Notes under the pieces: generated by a model
Database searches by the model: none
What the model was told of the DNA's origin: nothing
Seen by the model: only the letters and a program-made list of their open reading frames with translations
Shown here: one piece after another, positions 1-9,612 of the stretch
Layout: every line of letters begins with the position of its first letter
Numbering within the stretch: position 1 is the first letter of the stretch
Program-made: the position numbers and the translations under genes
Origin: an uncultured bacterium
GTDB taxonomy: Bacteria > Chloroflexota > UBA5177 > JANWHV01
DNA length: 64,000 nt
Direction: 5' to 3'
NCBI GenBank assembly: GCA_963827235.1
Contig: CAWHAE010000010.1
Coordinates: 608,001 to 672,000, forward strand

Positions 1-5
1 AGCAG

Positions 6-695
6 TTGGCGGCGCAGCGGAGTGACTTTGTGGCGGCGGTCAGTCACGAGTTGCGCACCCCGCTCGCCGCCGTGCTGGGCTACGCTGAGCTGCTGCAGGG
101 CCGCTGGGACCAGATGAACGATCAACAGCGGCGCGCCCGCATCGATCGCATCGTCGACGGCGCGAAGCGGCAGCACGAGCTTATTGAGAATCTGCTGCAT
201 GTCAGTCGAGTCGAATCGAACACACCAGTGTTGCGGCGTGAGTCGGTCCGTGTCGCTCACATAGTCAACCGCGCGGTGACGATCGTACAGGGCAGCTACC
301 CCAGCCAGCGTGTCGACGTCGACGGACCCGAAGACCTGCAGGCACGTGCCGACGCCTCACACGTGGAGCAGATTCTGACAAATCTGCTCGACAACGCGGC
401 CAAGTATTCCCCCGAAGGTGCCCCGGTCGGCATACAGTGGGCACTGGAAGAGAAGATGACCGTCGTACGGGTGCGCGACTTTGGGCCCGGCATCGCCGCA
501 GAAGGAAGCGGCATCCTGTTCTCTCGCTTCGGTCGTGTTCCCGGGAGCCGCATGCGCGCTGGTAGGGTAGGGACCGGCTTGGGCCTCTACCTGGGCCGAG
601 AGTTCGCCGAGGCCATGGGCGGCACTCTTGACCTGGAGTCCACCGGCCCGACCGGCAGCGTGTTCCGCCTGCGTCTGCCGGCGCAGGCGGAGTGA
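6..695 (+). CDS. Sensor histidine kinase, C-terminal HisKA + HATPase_c part (5' end outside window)
   Basis: H-box SHELRTPL, N-box QILTNLLDNAAKY, G1 DFGPGI, G2 GTGLGL; frame is open at the window edge. Confidence 0.95.
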   Translation: MAAQRSDFVAAVSHELRTPLAAVLGYAELLQGRWDQMNDQQRRARIDRIVDGAKRQHELIENLLHVSRVESNTPVLRRESVRVAHIVNRAVTIVQGSYPSQRVDVDGPEDLQARADASHVEQILTNLLDNAAKYSPEGAPVGIQWALEEKMTVVRVRDFGPGIAAEGSGILFSRFGRVPGSRMRAGRVGTGLGLYLGREFAEAMGGTLDLESTGPTGSVFRLRLPAQAE

Positions 696-1078
696 CGCCG
701 GGCGGTAAACGCGAGAGGCCGAACGCATGGGCATGTCGTCCCGCATGCGTGACTGCACGGCGCGCAGGCGGTCGGCCCCGGTGCCGCGCGTTGCAGCGCG
801 CCCATCGCACCCAAGATCATTGCACGAGGGGGACGTACACGGTCAGCTCGTGCAAGGCTGCAACAGCTGTCGGCACCGCCGCTACCATTCATACAGCCGC
901 AAAGGCTGGTCACTCCGCCTGAGCGTTGAGACCCATGATGGCGGGGCATACGTCGAGCAGACTGCGGTCCGCCGGCAGTGCTTGACCGCGAAGCCGGCGC
1001 CACGATCAATCGGCCGTACCTCCAGCGCGTGGAGGCACCCTTCCTCGCTACAGACCATGCATTGGGATCACTATGAAA

Positions 1079-1113
1079 CTGACTAGCGATAATGATCACT
1101 TATCGCTAGTCAG
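1079..1113. promoter_or_regulatory. Near-perfect 35-bp palindrome (candidate operator or hairpin)
   Basis: CTGACTAGCGATAA-tgatcac-TTATCGCTAGTCAG; 14-bp arms, AT-rich core, intergenic. Confidence 0.6.
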
Positions 1114-1519
1114 ATCTCGCGCTGCGCGCCGGCTCACGCCGGTGGGCAGCGATGGGGCGCGACGGACGCGGGGCCTCCAGCCACTCCTATCCTGGGTCAG
1201 TCCGGCGAGAGCACACACGAGCAACAGAGCGTGCGACTCTTTGCCGCCATTTGGTCGTTCGCGGCCCTGAGAGGGCGCCGACTCGAACGCTGGTACCGAG
1301 CAGTGCCGGGTTCGGCTGCTGCTGCACCTCGATCACCACTCGCGCCGGCAGCTCCGTGGCGCGTACCATCTGTTGCTATACTGTCTCCGGCACCGTGGAC
1401 GGCAAATTCTCGGTGAGCGACGAGGCGGGCTAGAACGGCTCGCTAGACGGGTCCAGTATGCAGGTTCCTTGTTCAGCTCCTTACCTGCCGGTGTCGCATG
1501 GCCCTGGGAGTGCTCGCCG

Positions 1520-2830
1520 ATGAGCGCCCTGCGACGCATTGGTGCTCTGCTCCAGACTGTTGACAGATCGATCCTGCCAGTGGATGCGTCTCAAGCGCGC
1601 TGCCTCCCACAGCCCGGGAGGGCCGCCGGTTCCTCGTCTCTTTCGGCCCGGCAGATGCAGGGATCGCCGGCGTGCGAGCCCAGCACGGTATGCGCCGCGC
1701 TGCATGGTAGACTCTGTCCGCTGGCCGAGGCCTGTCCTGCGCTGCGGCAGGCGCTGAGTCAACTTCGCTGCCCGCTTCCGGCTGAGCCCGAACCCGTAGA
1801 GGCCGTTATGCTCACGCCGCTTCCGGACGGCAAGGCTGTTTTCCGGCAGTGGAGGCATCTCATCGACGGCTGGATAGCGCTATTGGTCGCTGTCTGCTGT
1901 CTGATGCTTGTGCTGCGAACAGTGCTAGTGCTCGGTCAGCAGGTTGGGGATGAATCGATCGTGGTTCAGAACCCCGTTCCGGCAAGCGCCGTCACCCCGC
2001 TGCCGGAGCCGGCCCTTGCCGTCGATGGCGTATATGGCGATCGAGCGGGACTGTCCAATCCTCACGCGGCTGCCCGCTTACCGGACGGGAGTCTGGTGGT
2101 GGCCGACACCGGCAACCGCCGAGTGGTGATTCTGTCGACGAGCGGTGACGTGCTGCGCAGCATAACCGACTGTTCCCAGTCTGCTGCTGCGCCTTACGGC
2201 GTTGCCGTGGACGGTGACGGATTTGCCGTCCTCGATGCCGGCTGCGGCACCATCGACCTGTACGGGTCCGACGGGCAGCTTCAGCGGCATGTACTGCAGA
2301 GTCCGTGGCTGGTCGGGGCACGGGATCTCCAGCCCGGTCCTTCCGGCGACGTGCTTGTCGCCAACCCGAGTATAAACACGATCCTTGACCTATCCGCGAC
2401 GGGCTTGGTGACACGCCGGGTAACCAAGGTCTTTGGCGCGGCTAGTGGTCAATGGGCCGGAGTAAGCGCGGCGACCTGGGGTGCTCACGGCCTGCTGTAC
2501 GCGCTTGACAGTGAGAACAACCGCATCCAGGCTCTGGACGCCAGCGGTGTCGTGGAGCGTACCTGGCCGGCCCCTGCTTCCGATGCCGACCATCCACTCG
2601 GCATGCTCGCTCTGCCCGACGGCTCGCTCCTCTCGGTCGATCCGAGCGAAGGTCTGCTCACCTATCCGCCCGGGGGTGGTCCACCGCGCTCCCTGCCGTT
2701 GACGGTGGACAATCAGCCGCTGAGTGAAAGCGGCGCGGTGTTGGGGTCGCTCGCGCCTGCCGGAACCCGGCAGGTGTTAGTGGTCGACAGCGCGGGGGAC
2801 CGTGTACTCCTGGTCCGAGTGCCGCACTGA
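1520..2830 (+). CDS. Membrane-anchored NHL-repeat (beta-propeller) protein
   Basis: One TM segment followed by NHL-like repeats (LSNPHAAARLPDGSLVVADTGNRRV; LYALDSENNRIQ); ATG 1520 follows GGGAG; Cys-rich N-terminal stretch; start uncertain. Confidence 0.8.
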   Translation: MSALRRIGALLQTVDRSILPVDASQARCLPQPGRAAGSSSLSARQMQGSPACEPSTVCAALHGRLCPLAEACPALRQALSQLRCPLPAEPEPVEAVMLTPLPDGKAVFRQWRHLIDGWIALLVAVCCLMLVLRTVLVLGQQVGDESIVVQNPVPASAVTPLPEPALAVDGVYGDRAGLSNPHAAARLPDGSLVVADTGNRRVVILSTSGDVLRSITDCSQSAAAPYGVAVDGDGFAVLDAGCGTIDLYGSDGQLQRHVLQSPWLVGARDLQPGPSGDVLVANPSINTILDLSATGLVTRRVTKVFGAASGQWAGVSAATWGAHGLLYALDSENNRIQALDASGVVERTWPAPASDADHPLGMLALPDGSLLSVDPSEGLLTYPPGGGPPRSLPLTVDNQPLSESGAVLGSLAPAGTRQVLVVDSAGDRVLLVRVPH

Positions 2831-2872
2831 GGTGGTCGCGCGGATGACGTGTGATGCAGATCGGAGGCGGGC

Positions 2873-4858
2873 GTGGTCACGCTGATTGAACTCCTCCTGG
2901 CAATACTCCTTTTTGGCCACGCGTTTTTACGCCTGTCCGGCCCACCGCGACGACGAAGGCCGATGGCGGACGAGACGGCAAGTAGTGTGCCGGCGCCGGT
3001 AGGAATTGGCGCCTACCGGGCCGCCGGCCGACCGAGGGTAAAGGCCGGTCTCACAGCGGCCACGCCGCCACTCCTGCTGTTCGTTCTGGCCGTCATCCTT
3101 CGCTGGTGGGACCTTGGCGCGCAGTCAGGTGCGCTGCTGGGCGATGAGGCGCAACTCATGGCGGAGGCACGAAAGTTCGGCGAAGGCATCTACACCGGAC
3201 CGTTTCTCATCGACCACCTTGGGCTACCTGCTCTGTACGACTATCTGATCAGCATCCCGATGCGCCTTACTGGCAACGTAGATGTCACGGTGGCGCGCGA
3301 GACGACGTCACTGGTGGCAGCCCTAGGTGCGCCGCTTGTGTATGTCATTGCGCGCGAGCTGGGGCTGAGCCGTCTAGTGGGGATCATGGCAGGCGTCGCC
3401 TACTCCACCAGCGAATGGAGTTTGCTCTTTTCGCGGATGGTGCTGCAGAACATCGTCACCGCGCCCGCGACCGCGGCGACGGTCCTGTTGCTGGTCATGG
3501 CAGTGCGGCGCGGCAGCCTGAGTCTTGCCGCCCTCGCAGGGGTAGGCCTGGCGTGGGCGTTCAACACCTATTTGTGCGGCACAATGGTCGTGCCGATCGT
3601 ATTCGGCTGGCTGGGCTTGGCGCTACTGTGCGCGAGCGACTGGCGCGTTCAACTGCGGCGCCTGGTGGGCAAGTACCACGCGAATCGCCCGGGCGACACA
3701 CGAGGCGACGCGCCCGGCGCCGAGGGTGCGACACGGGAAGGCTGCCACGACCTCTCGGATGTGCAGGTCCAGTTGTCCAGTCTGAAACTGCTGGGCGTCA
3801 CCGCGGTATTCTCTGCCGTATCCGCGGTCTGCCTGTGGCCGTTGCTGCAGTTGTATACGGCGCCGGACAGCGGTCTCGTGTCGCACGCCACCGAACGCCT
3901 GATCCTCACAGCGTCGAATCGCGCATCGTTCGCCTCCGCTCATCCTGAGATTGGATCGAGCCTCGCGGGCCTGCTCTGGTACCAGCTCAAGGCGACCCTC
4001 GGCGTCTTCTCGGTCCAGGGCGAGATCGCCACGGAGTTCAATATCCCGGGACGGCCGTTGCTGGATCCTCTGAGCGCTGCGCTGCTCTACATCGGGTTTG
4101 CCGGATGTATCCTGCGCATCCGGCGGTCAAGCATGCAGCTCTTGCTACTCTGGTTCGTGGTGCCGTTGGTCCTTGGGATGATGCTGACCACGGGATTCGT
4201 GGGCGTGACACAGGTGCCCACGATCACTCGCTCCCTGCCGGCACTGCCGGCGCTTTGTCTACTGATCGGCCTAGGCCTGCAGGACGTGCTCTTACTTGCC
4301 GGCGCGGTAACACGACGGGTGGCCGGGCGCTGGGCGCGACGGCAACGGCACTATGTACCCGCGCTGCTTGTCGCCGTGGCCGTGGCCGGCGCCACCGGTG
4401 TCATGGAAGTGCAGCAGTATTGGGACTACGCGGACTCCCCGACCTACGGGGTCAACCGCTTTGTCTCCGCTCGCGAGTGGGGGTCATTCATCCAGCCGCT
4501 TGGTGCGGTGCCGGTGACAGTCATTAGTCCTCAAGGGTGGTCAATAGAGTTTAGCGTCCTCTATGCGCCGCACGCGCGCATCTGCGTAGGCCTGGCGTAT
4601 GGGCAGTGGAACACCGCGTGTCCGCCGTCAACCGTCATTCTGTTCGACAGGGACCAGGCGGACGCAGCCCAGTACGCGGCTCTGACGCACCTTGCGGTAC
4701 TGCCGGGACCGTCCGACGATTCGGAGATCCGATTCTGGTACGTCAAGGGCGCACGCCTGCCCGATCCTGTGCAGGTGTTGCATGCTCCCAGTCCTTTCGT
4801 GGCCGGGACGCCGATGCCGACCACGCCGGCAGTGGCGCTGTCGGGCAGTACCGGCTAG
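2873..4858 (+). CDS. ArnT/PMT-like (GT39/GT83-like, GT-C fold) membrane glycosyltransferase
   Basis: LRWWDL...GDEA motif after first TM, about 12 hydrophobic segments, GGAGG RBS. Confidence 0.85.
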   Translation: MVTLIELLLAILLFGHAFLRLSGPPRRRRPMADETASSVPAPVGIGAYRAAGRPRVKAGLTAATPPLLLFVLAVILRWWDLGAQSGALLGDEAQLMAEARKFGEGIYTGPFLIDHLGLPALYDYLISIPMRLTGNVDVTVARETTSLVAALGAPLVYVIARELGLSRLVGIMAGVAYSTSEWSLLFSRMVLQNIVTAPATAATVLLLVMAVRRGSLSLAALAGVGLAWAFNTYLCGTMVVPIVFGWLGLALLCASDWRVQLRRLVGKYHANRPGDTRGDAPGAEGATREGCHDLSDVQVQLSSLKLLGVTAVFSAVSAVCLWPLLQLYTAPDSGLVSHATERLILTASNRASFASAHPEIGSSLAGLLWYQLKATLGVFSVQGEIATEFNIPGRPLLDPLSAALLYIGFAGCILRIRRSSMQLLLLWFVVPLVLGMMLTTGFVGVTQVPTITRSLPALPALCLLIGLGLQDVLLLAGAVTRRVAGRWARRQRHYVPALLVAVAVAGATGVMEVQQYWDYADSPTYGVNRFVSAREWGSFIQPLGAVPVTVISPQGWSIEFSVLYAPHARICVGLAYGQWNTACPPSTVILFDRDQADAAQYAALTHLAVLPGPSDDSEIRFWYVKGARLPDPVQVLHAPSPFVAGTPMPTTPAVALSGSTG

Positions 4859-5257
4859 CTGACCCACGATCCCGCGTTCATCGAAGCATCCCGGTAGAAC
4901 CACAATGGAGTCTCCGCAGCGTTCGGTATGCGGTGACCGTCCGGATCGCGCCGATCCGGCGGCGGCATGGCGGCTCGCCTCGCTCTTAGGGCCGGCAGCG
5001 GCAGCCGGGGAGGCACCGGCGCTCTTCGCCGTTTCCGGCGGCGTGCCACGTGTGAACGTGCTCCGTGGTTGTCGTCCAAGCGCTGAGGCGTTCCAATCGG
5101 CCATTCTGCTCGGGCAGCTCTTCGAAGGCGTGCCGTAGCAGTACGGTAACGCCGGTGCCTTTCCGCTTTCGCGCGGTATGTGGCTACACTGCTTGCGGTC
5201 ATCAACCCACAAGTGCAAAGACATACTGCACGCGGTCGGGCGACAGGGAGGTGAATC

Positions 5258-6379
5258 ATGATCGGACGGCACGAAGGCCGCGGGGCAGTGCCCCTGTTCG
5301 TGGCCGGGCAGCTGCCCGAAGCGCAGGCGCAGCCGGTGTCCGTCCTGGCCCGATTCGGCGAATGGCGCACCTGGCTGTCGTTTGCCGTGGCGGTGGGCAT
5401 TCTCGTCCTTGCCACGCGCAAGGCAGGTATCGACTGGGCCAGCACAATGAACACGCTCGGTGCTGCCAATCCGGCACTGGTGGCGCTTGCCTTTCTGGTG
5501 TACTACGCATCGTTTCCGCTTCGCACGGAGCGCTGGCGCCGCCTGATGTGCAACGCCAACGATCCCGCACTCCGGCCGGCCATTGCTGCATTCCCGTTGC
5601 CGCGACTCACCGGGATTCTCTACCTGTCGTTCTTTGCCAACGTGATCGTTCCCCTGAAGCTCGGCGACGTGTACCGCGCCTACCTGGCGCGCCGCTGGCT
5701 GGGTACGTCGCTTTCGCGCACGGTCGGCGCCCTCCTGGCCGAGCGGGTACTGGACCTGGTGGTACTCTTTCCCCTCCTAGTTTGCTCCGCCGTGTTGGCC
5801 TTTCGCGATCGTCTCTTCACGTCGAACGACGATCTGGTCCGCACAGCGCTCCTAGGCGGCTTTGCGCTGGCGCTTCTTGCCGCGGTGCTCCTTGTCGTGA
5901 TCTGCGCCATGGGTGAGCGCGCGTTGGGAGTCCTGCCGGTGCAAGGACGCGCAGCCTTCGCCCGATTCCGGCAGGGCACGATGGCCTCGTTCGGGCAGGG
6001 ACGACTCGCCCTGGTGGCACAGACGGGCGTGATCTGGCTGATGGAGGGCGGTCGAGTGGCGTGCGTTCTCTGGGCGCTGGGACTGCTCGGCGCGGGCAAG
6101 CTCGGCATTGGGGCGGCGATCTTCCTCGCGCTGGGCTCCTCCGTCTTGACGACGTTCCCCTTCACTCCTGGGGGCCTCGGCATCGTAGACACCTTTTTCG
6201 CCGCGGGCCTGGTCCTCCTAGGCGTGCCGGGCGGCAAGCCCACGGCGGTGGCGGTCGTGGTGGTAGACCGCCTGATCAGCTACGTGAGCATCGCGGTGAT
6301 TGGATTTGCCGTCTACCTGCTCACCGACGTGGCACGGCCCGGATCGAATGTTCCAGCACAGGACCGCGTGGTGGCGTGA
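5258..6379 (+). CDS. UPF0104 / lysylphosphatidylglycerol-synthase TM-domain (flippase-like) protein
   Basis: R..RW, FANVIVPLKLGDVYRAY, ERVLD, TPGGLG motifs; GGAGGTG RBS. Confidence 0.9.
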   Translation: MIGRHEGRGAVPLFVAGQLPEAQAQPVSVLARFGEWRTWLSFAVAVGILVLATRKAGIDWASTMNTLGAANPALVALAFLVYYASFPLRTERWRRLMCNANDPALRPAIAAFPLPRLTGILYLSFFANVIVPLKLGDVYRAYLARRWLGTSLSRTVGALLAERVLDLVVLFPLLVCSAVLAFRDRLFTSNDDLVRTALLGGFALALLAAVLLVVICAMGERALGVLPVQGRAAFARFRQGTMASFGQGRLALVAQTGVIWLMEGGRVACVLWALGLLGAGKLGIGAAIFLALGSSVLTTFPFTPGGLGIVDTFFAAGLVLLGVPGGKPTAVAVVVVDRLISYVSIAVIGFAVYLLTDVARPGSNVPAQDRVVA

Positions 6380-6565
6380 TGGTAGGCGATGTCGCTCGTC
6401 CGGCGGCATCCCTGCGTGTGCTCGCAGCCGTTGTGCCCGGACACCATCTTCGATACAGTACCTGTGAACACGGGGGTCGGGGCTCGTGGGCACCCTTGAA
6501 AGCACGCGACGTCCGACCTGGGGCAGTCGCCTGCCCCGCGGCTTCTAGAAGAAGTGCTTGCTGAC

Positions 6566-9500
6566 ATGGCTTCCGTGCTGCAGACGCTCAATGGCGACTG
6601 GCTCCGCCTGCTGCTGACCATCGAGCTGCTCGGCCTGGCGGCGACGCCGCTGGCTGCCCTGCTGTTCGGTGCCCTGCCGGACCGTGGCTACGGGTTGTCC
6701 AAGCCGCTGGGCATGCTGCTGGTCGCCGTGGCCAACTGGTGGCTCGGCAGTACCATCGGGGCCGCGAACTTTCCCTGGCTGCTCTGGCTCCTCTGTATCG
6801 CACTGACAGGCGTGAGTACGTGGCTGCTCATGCGAGGTCTGGTACAGCTGCCCGTCCGTGACCTCGGCTGGCGCCGTACCGTGGCCGCTGAAGAGGCACT
6901 GTTTCTGCTGGCCTTCGTCGGCTGGGCCTTCGTGCGTGCGCTCAAGCCCGAGATATTCACCAGCGAGAAGCCCATGGACTTCATGCTGCTGCAGACGAGC
7001 GGGTCCACGCACAGCTTCCCGCCGCCCGATCTGTGGTACCAGGGAGCCAGGGTCAACTACTACTACCTGGGGTACGCCATATTCGGCATGCTGGGCCGCA
7101 TGGCAGGCGTCGATGTCCGCTTCGGATTCGACCTGTACAACGTGGCGATCTTTGCTCTCAGCTGTACCGCCGCATGCGCGCTGGGAGCCGCGCTTACCCG
7201 CCGACTGCTCGGGGGCCTGGGCGGCACCTTCTTTCTCATGCTCGCCGGTGATCTGCAAGCGGTCGGGCAATTCTGGTCGCAAATTCAGGGTGGGGGGCTG
7301 CGGCTGACCGGCCTGGACCTCTGGTGCAGCACGCGGGTGATCGACGGCGGCTGCCTTGGTCAGCACACGATCACCGAATTCCCCGCTTTCAGTCTATTGT
7401 TCGCCGACCTGCATCCGCACGTGATGGCCATTCCATTCGTCCTGCTCGTGATCGGCTGCGCGGTACACGCCCTGCTGGACCCCGGCGCGGCCGCCGCGCC
7501 CCGCGCCGTGCGCTGGACTCGGCTCGGCATCGCCGCGCTCGCGGCAGGCTCCCTCTTCGCGATCAATTCCTGGGACTACCCTACCTACCTCGTCGTCGTG
7601 CTTGCGGCGCAGTTCCTCGCCTGGTGGCGGCGCGGAGATGGTTCGAGGACGTGGCCGAGGCTGCTCGAGATTGCCGCGATCGTTCCGCTCAGCGTGCTCT
7701 TCTACTTCCCGTATCTACTCACCGTGCACGCCACGACAGTGTTCAGCATGCGCTACAGTGTGACCAGTCTCGGCGAGATGGCTGCCGTCCTGGGTGGGCT
7801 CTTGCTGCCTCTCCTCGTATTCGTCGCGGCGCAGGCTGGACCCAGGCTGTGGTCACCCGGGAGGCCGGCGCAGGAGTCTGCGCGGCGCCGCGACGCCGAG
7901 CACCTGCTCACACCGCGACAAGTGTGCTGCATCCTCTGCGCTTTCGCGCTTGGCGTTGCACTGGTCTGCCTGCCCTGCCGGACGGACATCCTGTTCCTGA
8001 CCCTGGCGGCGGGCGCGGCCTGTGCGCTGCTGCGTCCCCGGGGCACCGACGACGGCGCCGTCTCTGCAGCATTACTCCTCGTACTGGTCAGCATGGTGGT
8101 CCTCAGCGCAGCCGACGTCGTGTTCCTGCGCGACGTCTTTTCCGCCGGCCCGCAATACCGGCTGAACACGGTCTTCAAGCTGTACTACCAGGGCTGGATC
8201 CTCCTCGCCACCGCGGTTCCGGTCGGGATCGTGTCCGTGGCGCGCATGCTGCGCGCGCGATCCCGGTCGCTGCTGCTGGCCGTTTGGTGCGGGCTGGCGG
8301 CAGTACTTTGCACGGTCCTGGGCGCGTATTCCGTGGAGGGCGTGGCCAGTCAAGGGAACAACCTGGCCCCGACGTCGGGATTGGACGGTCTAGCCTTCGT
8401 ACAGCACGTGGAGCCCGATGTGTATGCCGCGGTGCAATGGGTGCAGACGCATACGGCACCGGGCGATGTGATCGCGGAGGGTGAAGGCATGTCGTACTGG
8501 AACCTCGATCCGGATCCGAGCACTTGGACCAGCCAGATATCGGCGCTCAGCGCTCGCCCTACCATCGTCGGCTGGCCGAACGATCACGAGTGGCTCTGGC
8601 GCGGCGGGTTCGCCAGCCAGGCAGCCGGTGCCAAGGTGCTTCAGCGCATGAACGATGCGGACACCCTCTATACGACCACGGACCCCGGCACAATGATCGC
8701 CATCCTGAGTCGGTATGACGTGCGGCGCGTCTACGTCGGCCCGTACGAGCGCGCGACGTACTATGCCTACGGCGATACTTCGGGTTACATGAAGTTTGGG
8801 CGCTTCCTGACCCCGGTATTTACGCGCGGTGCGGTGTCCATCTTTGCCGTGCCGGACCGGCTGCCGGACTACGTGCCCTCCGTACCTCCCGTGACATCGG
8901 TACTCCCGGTACTGCAGGCGTCGAGCCTGCGCGTGGATTCCAGCCGCACGGCCGGTGCGCCGGCCGGCCAGTCGTACCTGGTTCTTCAGCTCCAGGTGCG
9001 CAACGCCACGGCGAAGCCACTCAGCTTTACCCTGGATGATCTGTTCCTTCTGGACCCCAGCACCAAGCAGCACTACGCCGTCGCCCTCGATCCGGATGTG
9101 GCCGCGAGCCAGCTCGAGCCCGGCACGGTCGCGCCGCATGCCGTGGTGTCGGGTGACGTGGCCTTCGCGGTAGACGACAGCGCTCTGCGAGCCCAGTCGT
9201 TCAGCGTCGTGTTCAAGTACGTGCCGCAGCGGGCGGGACCGCCGGTCGCCCCGGTCCTACCGGCTATGATTGCCAGCGACCTCCGCGTGGATGCGCGCTC
9301 CCGAGCCTCGGGATTAGCTCCTGGCCAGGTCTACCTGCTGGTGCACGTGCTGCTGCGCAACAAGACGCAGAAGACTCTGCAGTTCACACCGGCCAACATC
9401 GTCCTGCTCGATCCGGAAACGGGCACGAAGTACGCGGCAGGCCTCGATCCGACGATACGCGCGACGGCTCTGCAGGCGGGAAGCATTCCGCCATCGGGCC

Positions 9501-9583
9501 AGGCGGAAGGGGATGTGGCATTTCCGCTGCCGGCGGCGGCCTCGCACTCTCCGGCATACAGCATAGTCTTCCAGCGGTCGTAG
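6566..9583 (+). CDS. DUF2298 / Chlor_Arch_YYY membrane protein with two C-terminal DUF4352-like Ig domains
   Basis: EKPMDF, NYYYLG, TEFPAFS..DLHPH, NSWDYP, RLNTVFKLY; tandem G..YL.V.V..RN....L.F...G...P.....G.VAF repeats at the C-terminus. Confidence 0.88.
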   Translation: MASVLQTLNGDWLRLLLTIELLGLAATPLAALLFGALPDRGYGLSKPLGMLLVAVANWWLGSTIGAANFPWLLWLLCIALTGVSTWLLMRGLVQLPVRDLGWRRTVAAEEALFLLAFVGWAFVRALKPEIFTSEKPMDFMLLQTSGSTHSFPPPDLWYQGARVNYYYLGYAIFGMLGRMAGVDVRFGFDLYNVAIFALSCTAACALGAALTRRLLGGLGGTFFLMLAGDLQAVGQFWSQIQGGGLRLTGLDLWCSTRVIDGGCLGQHTITEFPAFSLLFADLHPHVMAIPFVLLVIGCAVHALLDPGAAAAPRAVRWTRLGIAALAAGSLFAINSWDYPTYLVVVLAAQFLAWWRRGDGSRTWPRLLEIAAIVPLSVLFYFPYLLTVHATTVFSMRYSVTSLGEMAAVLGGLLLPLLVFVAAQAGPRLWSPGRPAQESARRRDAEHLLTPRQVCCILCAFALGVALVCLPCRTDILFLTLAAGAACALLRPRGTDDGAVSAALLLVLVSMVVLSAADVVFLRDVFSAGPQYRLNTVFKLYYQGWILLATAVPVGIVSVARMLRARSRSLLLAVWCGLAAVLCTVLGAYSVEGVASQGNNLAPTSGLDGLAFVQHVEPDVYAAVQWVQTHTAPGDVIAEGEGMSYWNLDPDPSTWTSQISALSARPTIVGWPNDHEWLWRGGFASQAAGAKVLQRMNDADTLYTTTDPGTMIAILSRYDVRRVYVGPYERATYYAYGDTSGYMKFGRFLTPVFTRGAVSIFAVPDRLPDYVPSVPPVTSVLPVLQASSLRVDSSRTAGAPAGQSYLVLQLQVRNATAKPLSFTLDDLFLLDPSTKQHYAVALDPDVAASQLEPGTVAPHAVVSGDVAFAVDDSALRAQSFSVVFKYVPQRAGPPVAPVLPAMIASDLRVDARSRASGLAPGQVYLLVHVLLRNKTQKTLQFTPANIVLLDPETGTKYAAGLDPTIRATALQAGSIPPSGQAEGDVAFPLPAAASHSPAYSIVFQRS

Positions 9584-9612
9584 CACCCGTCGAAGAATGG
9601 AGCACGCGTCGC

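Noticed and set aside
4905-5138. 77-aa ORF between the GT and flippase genes
   Set aside because: No RBS or recognisable motif; cannot be supported
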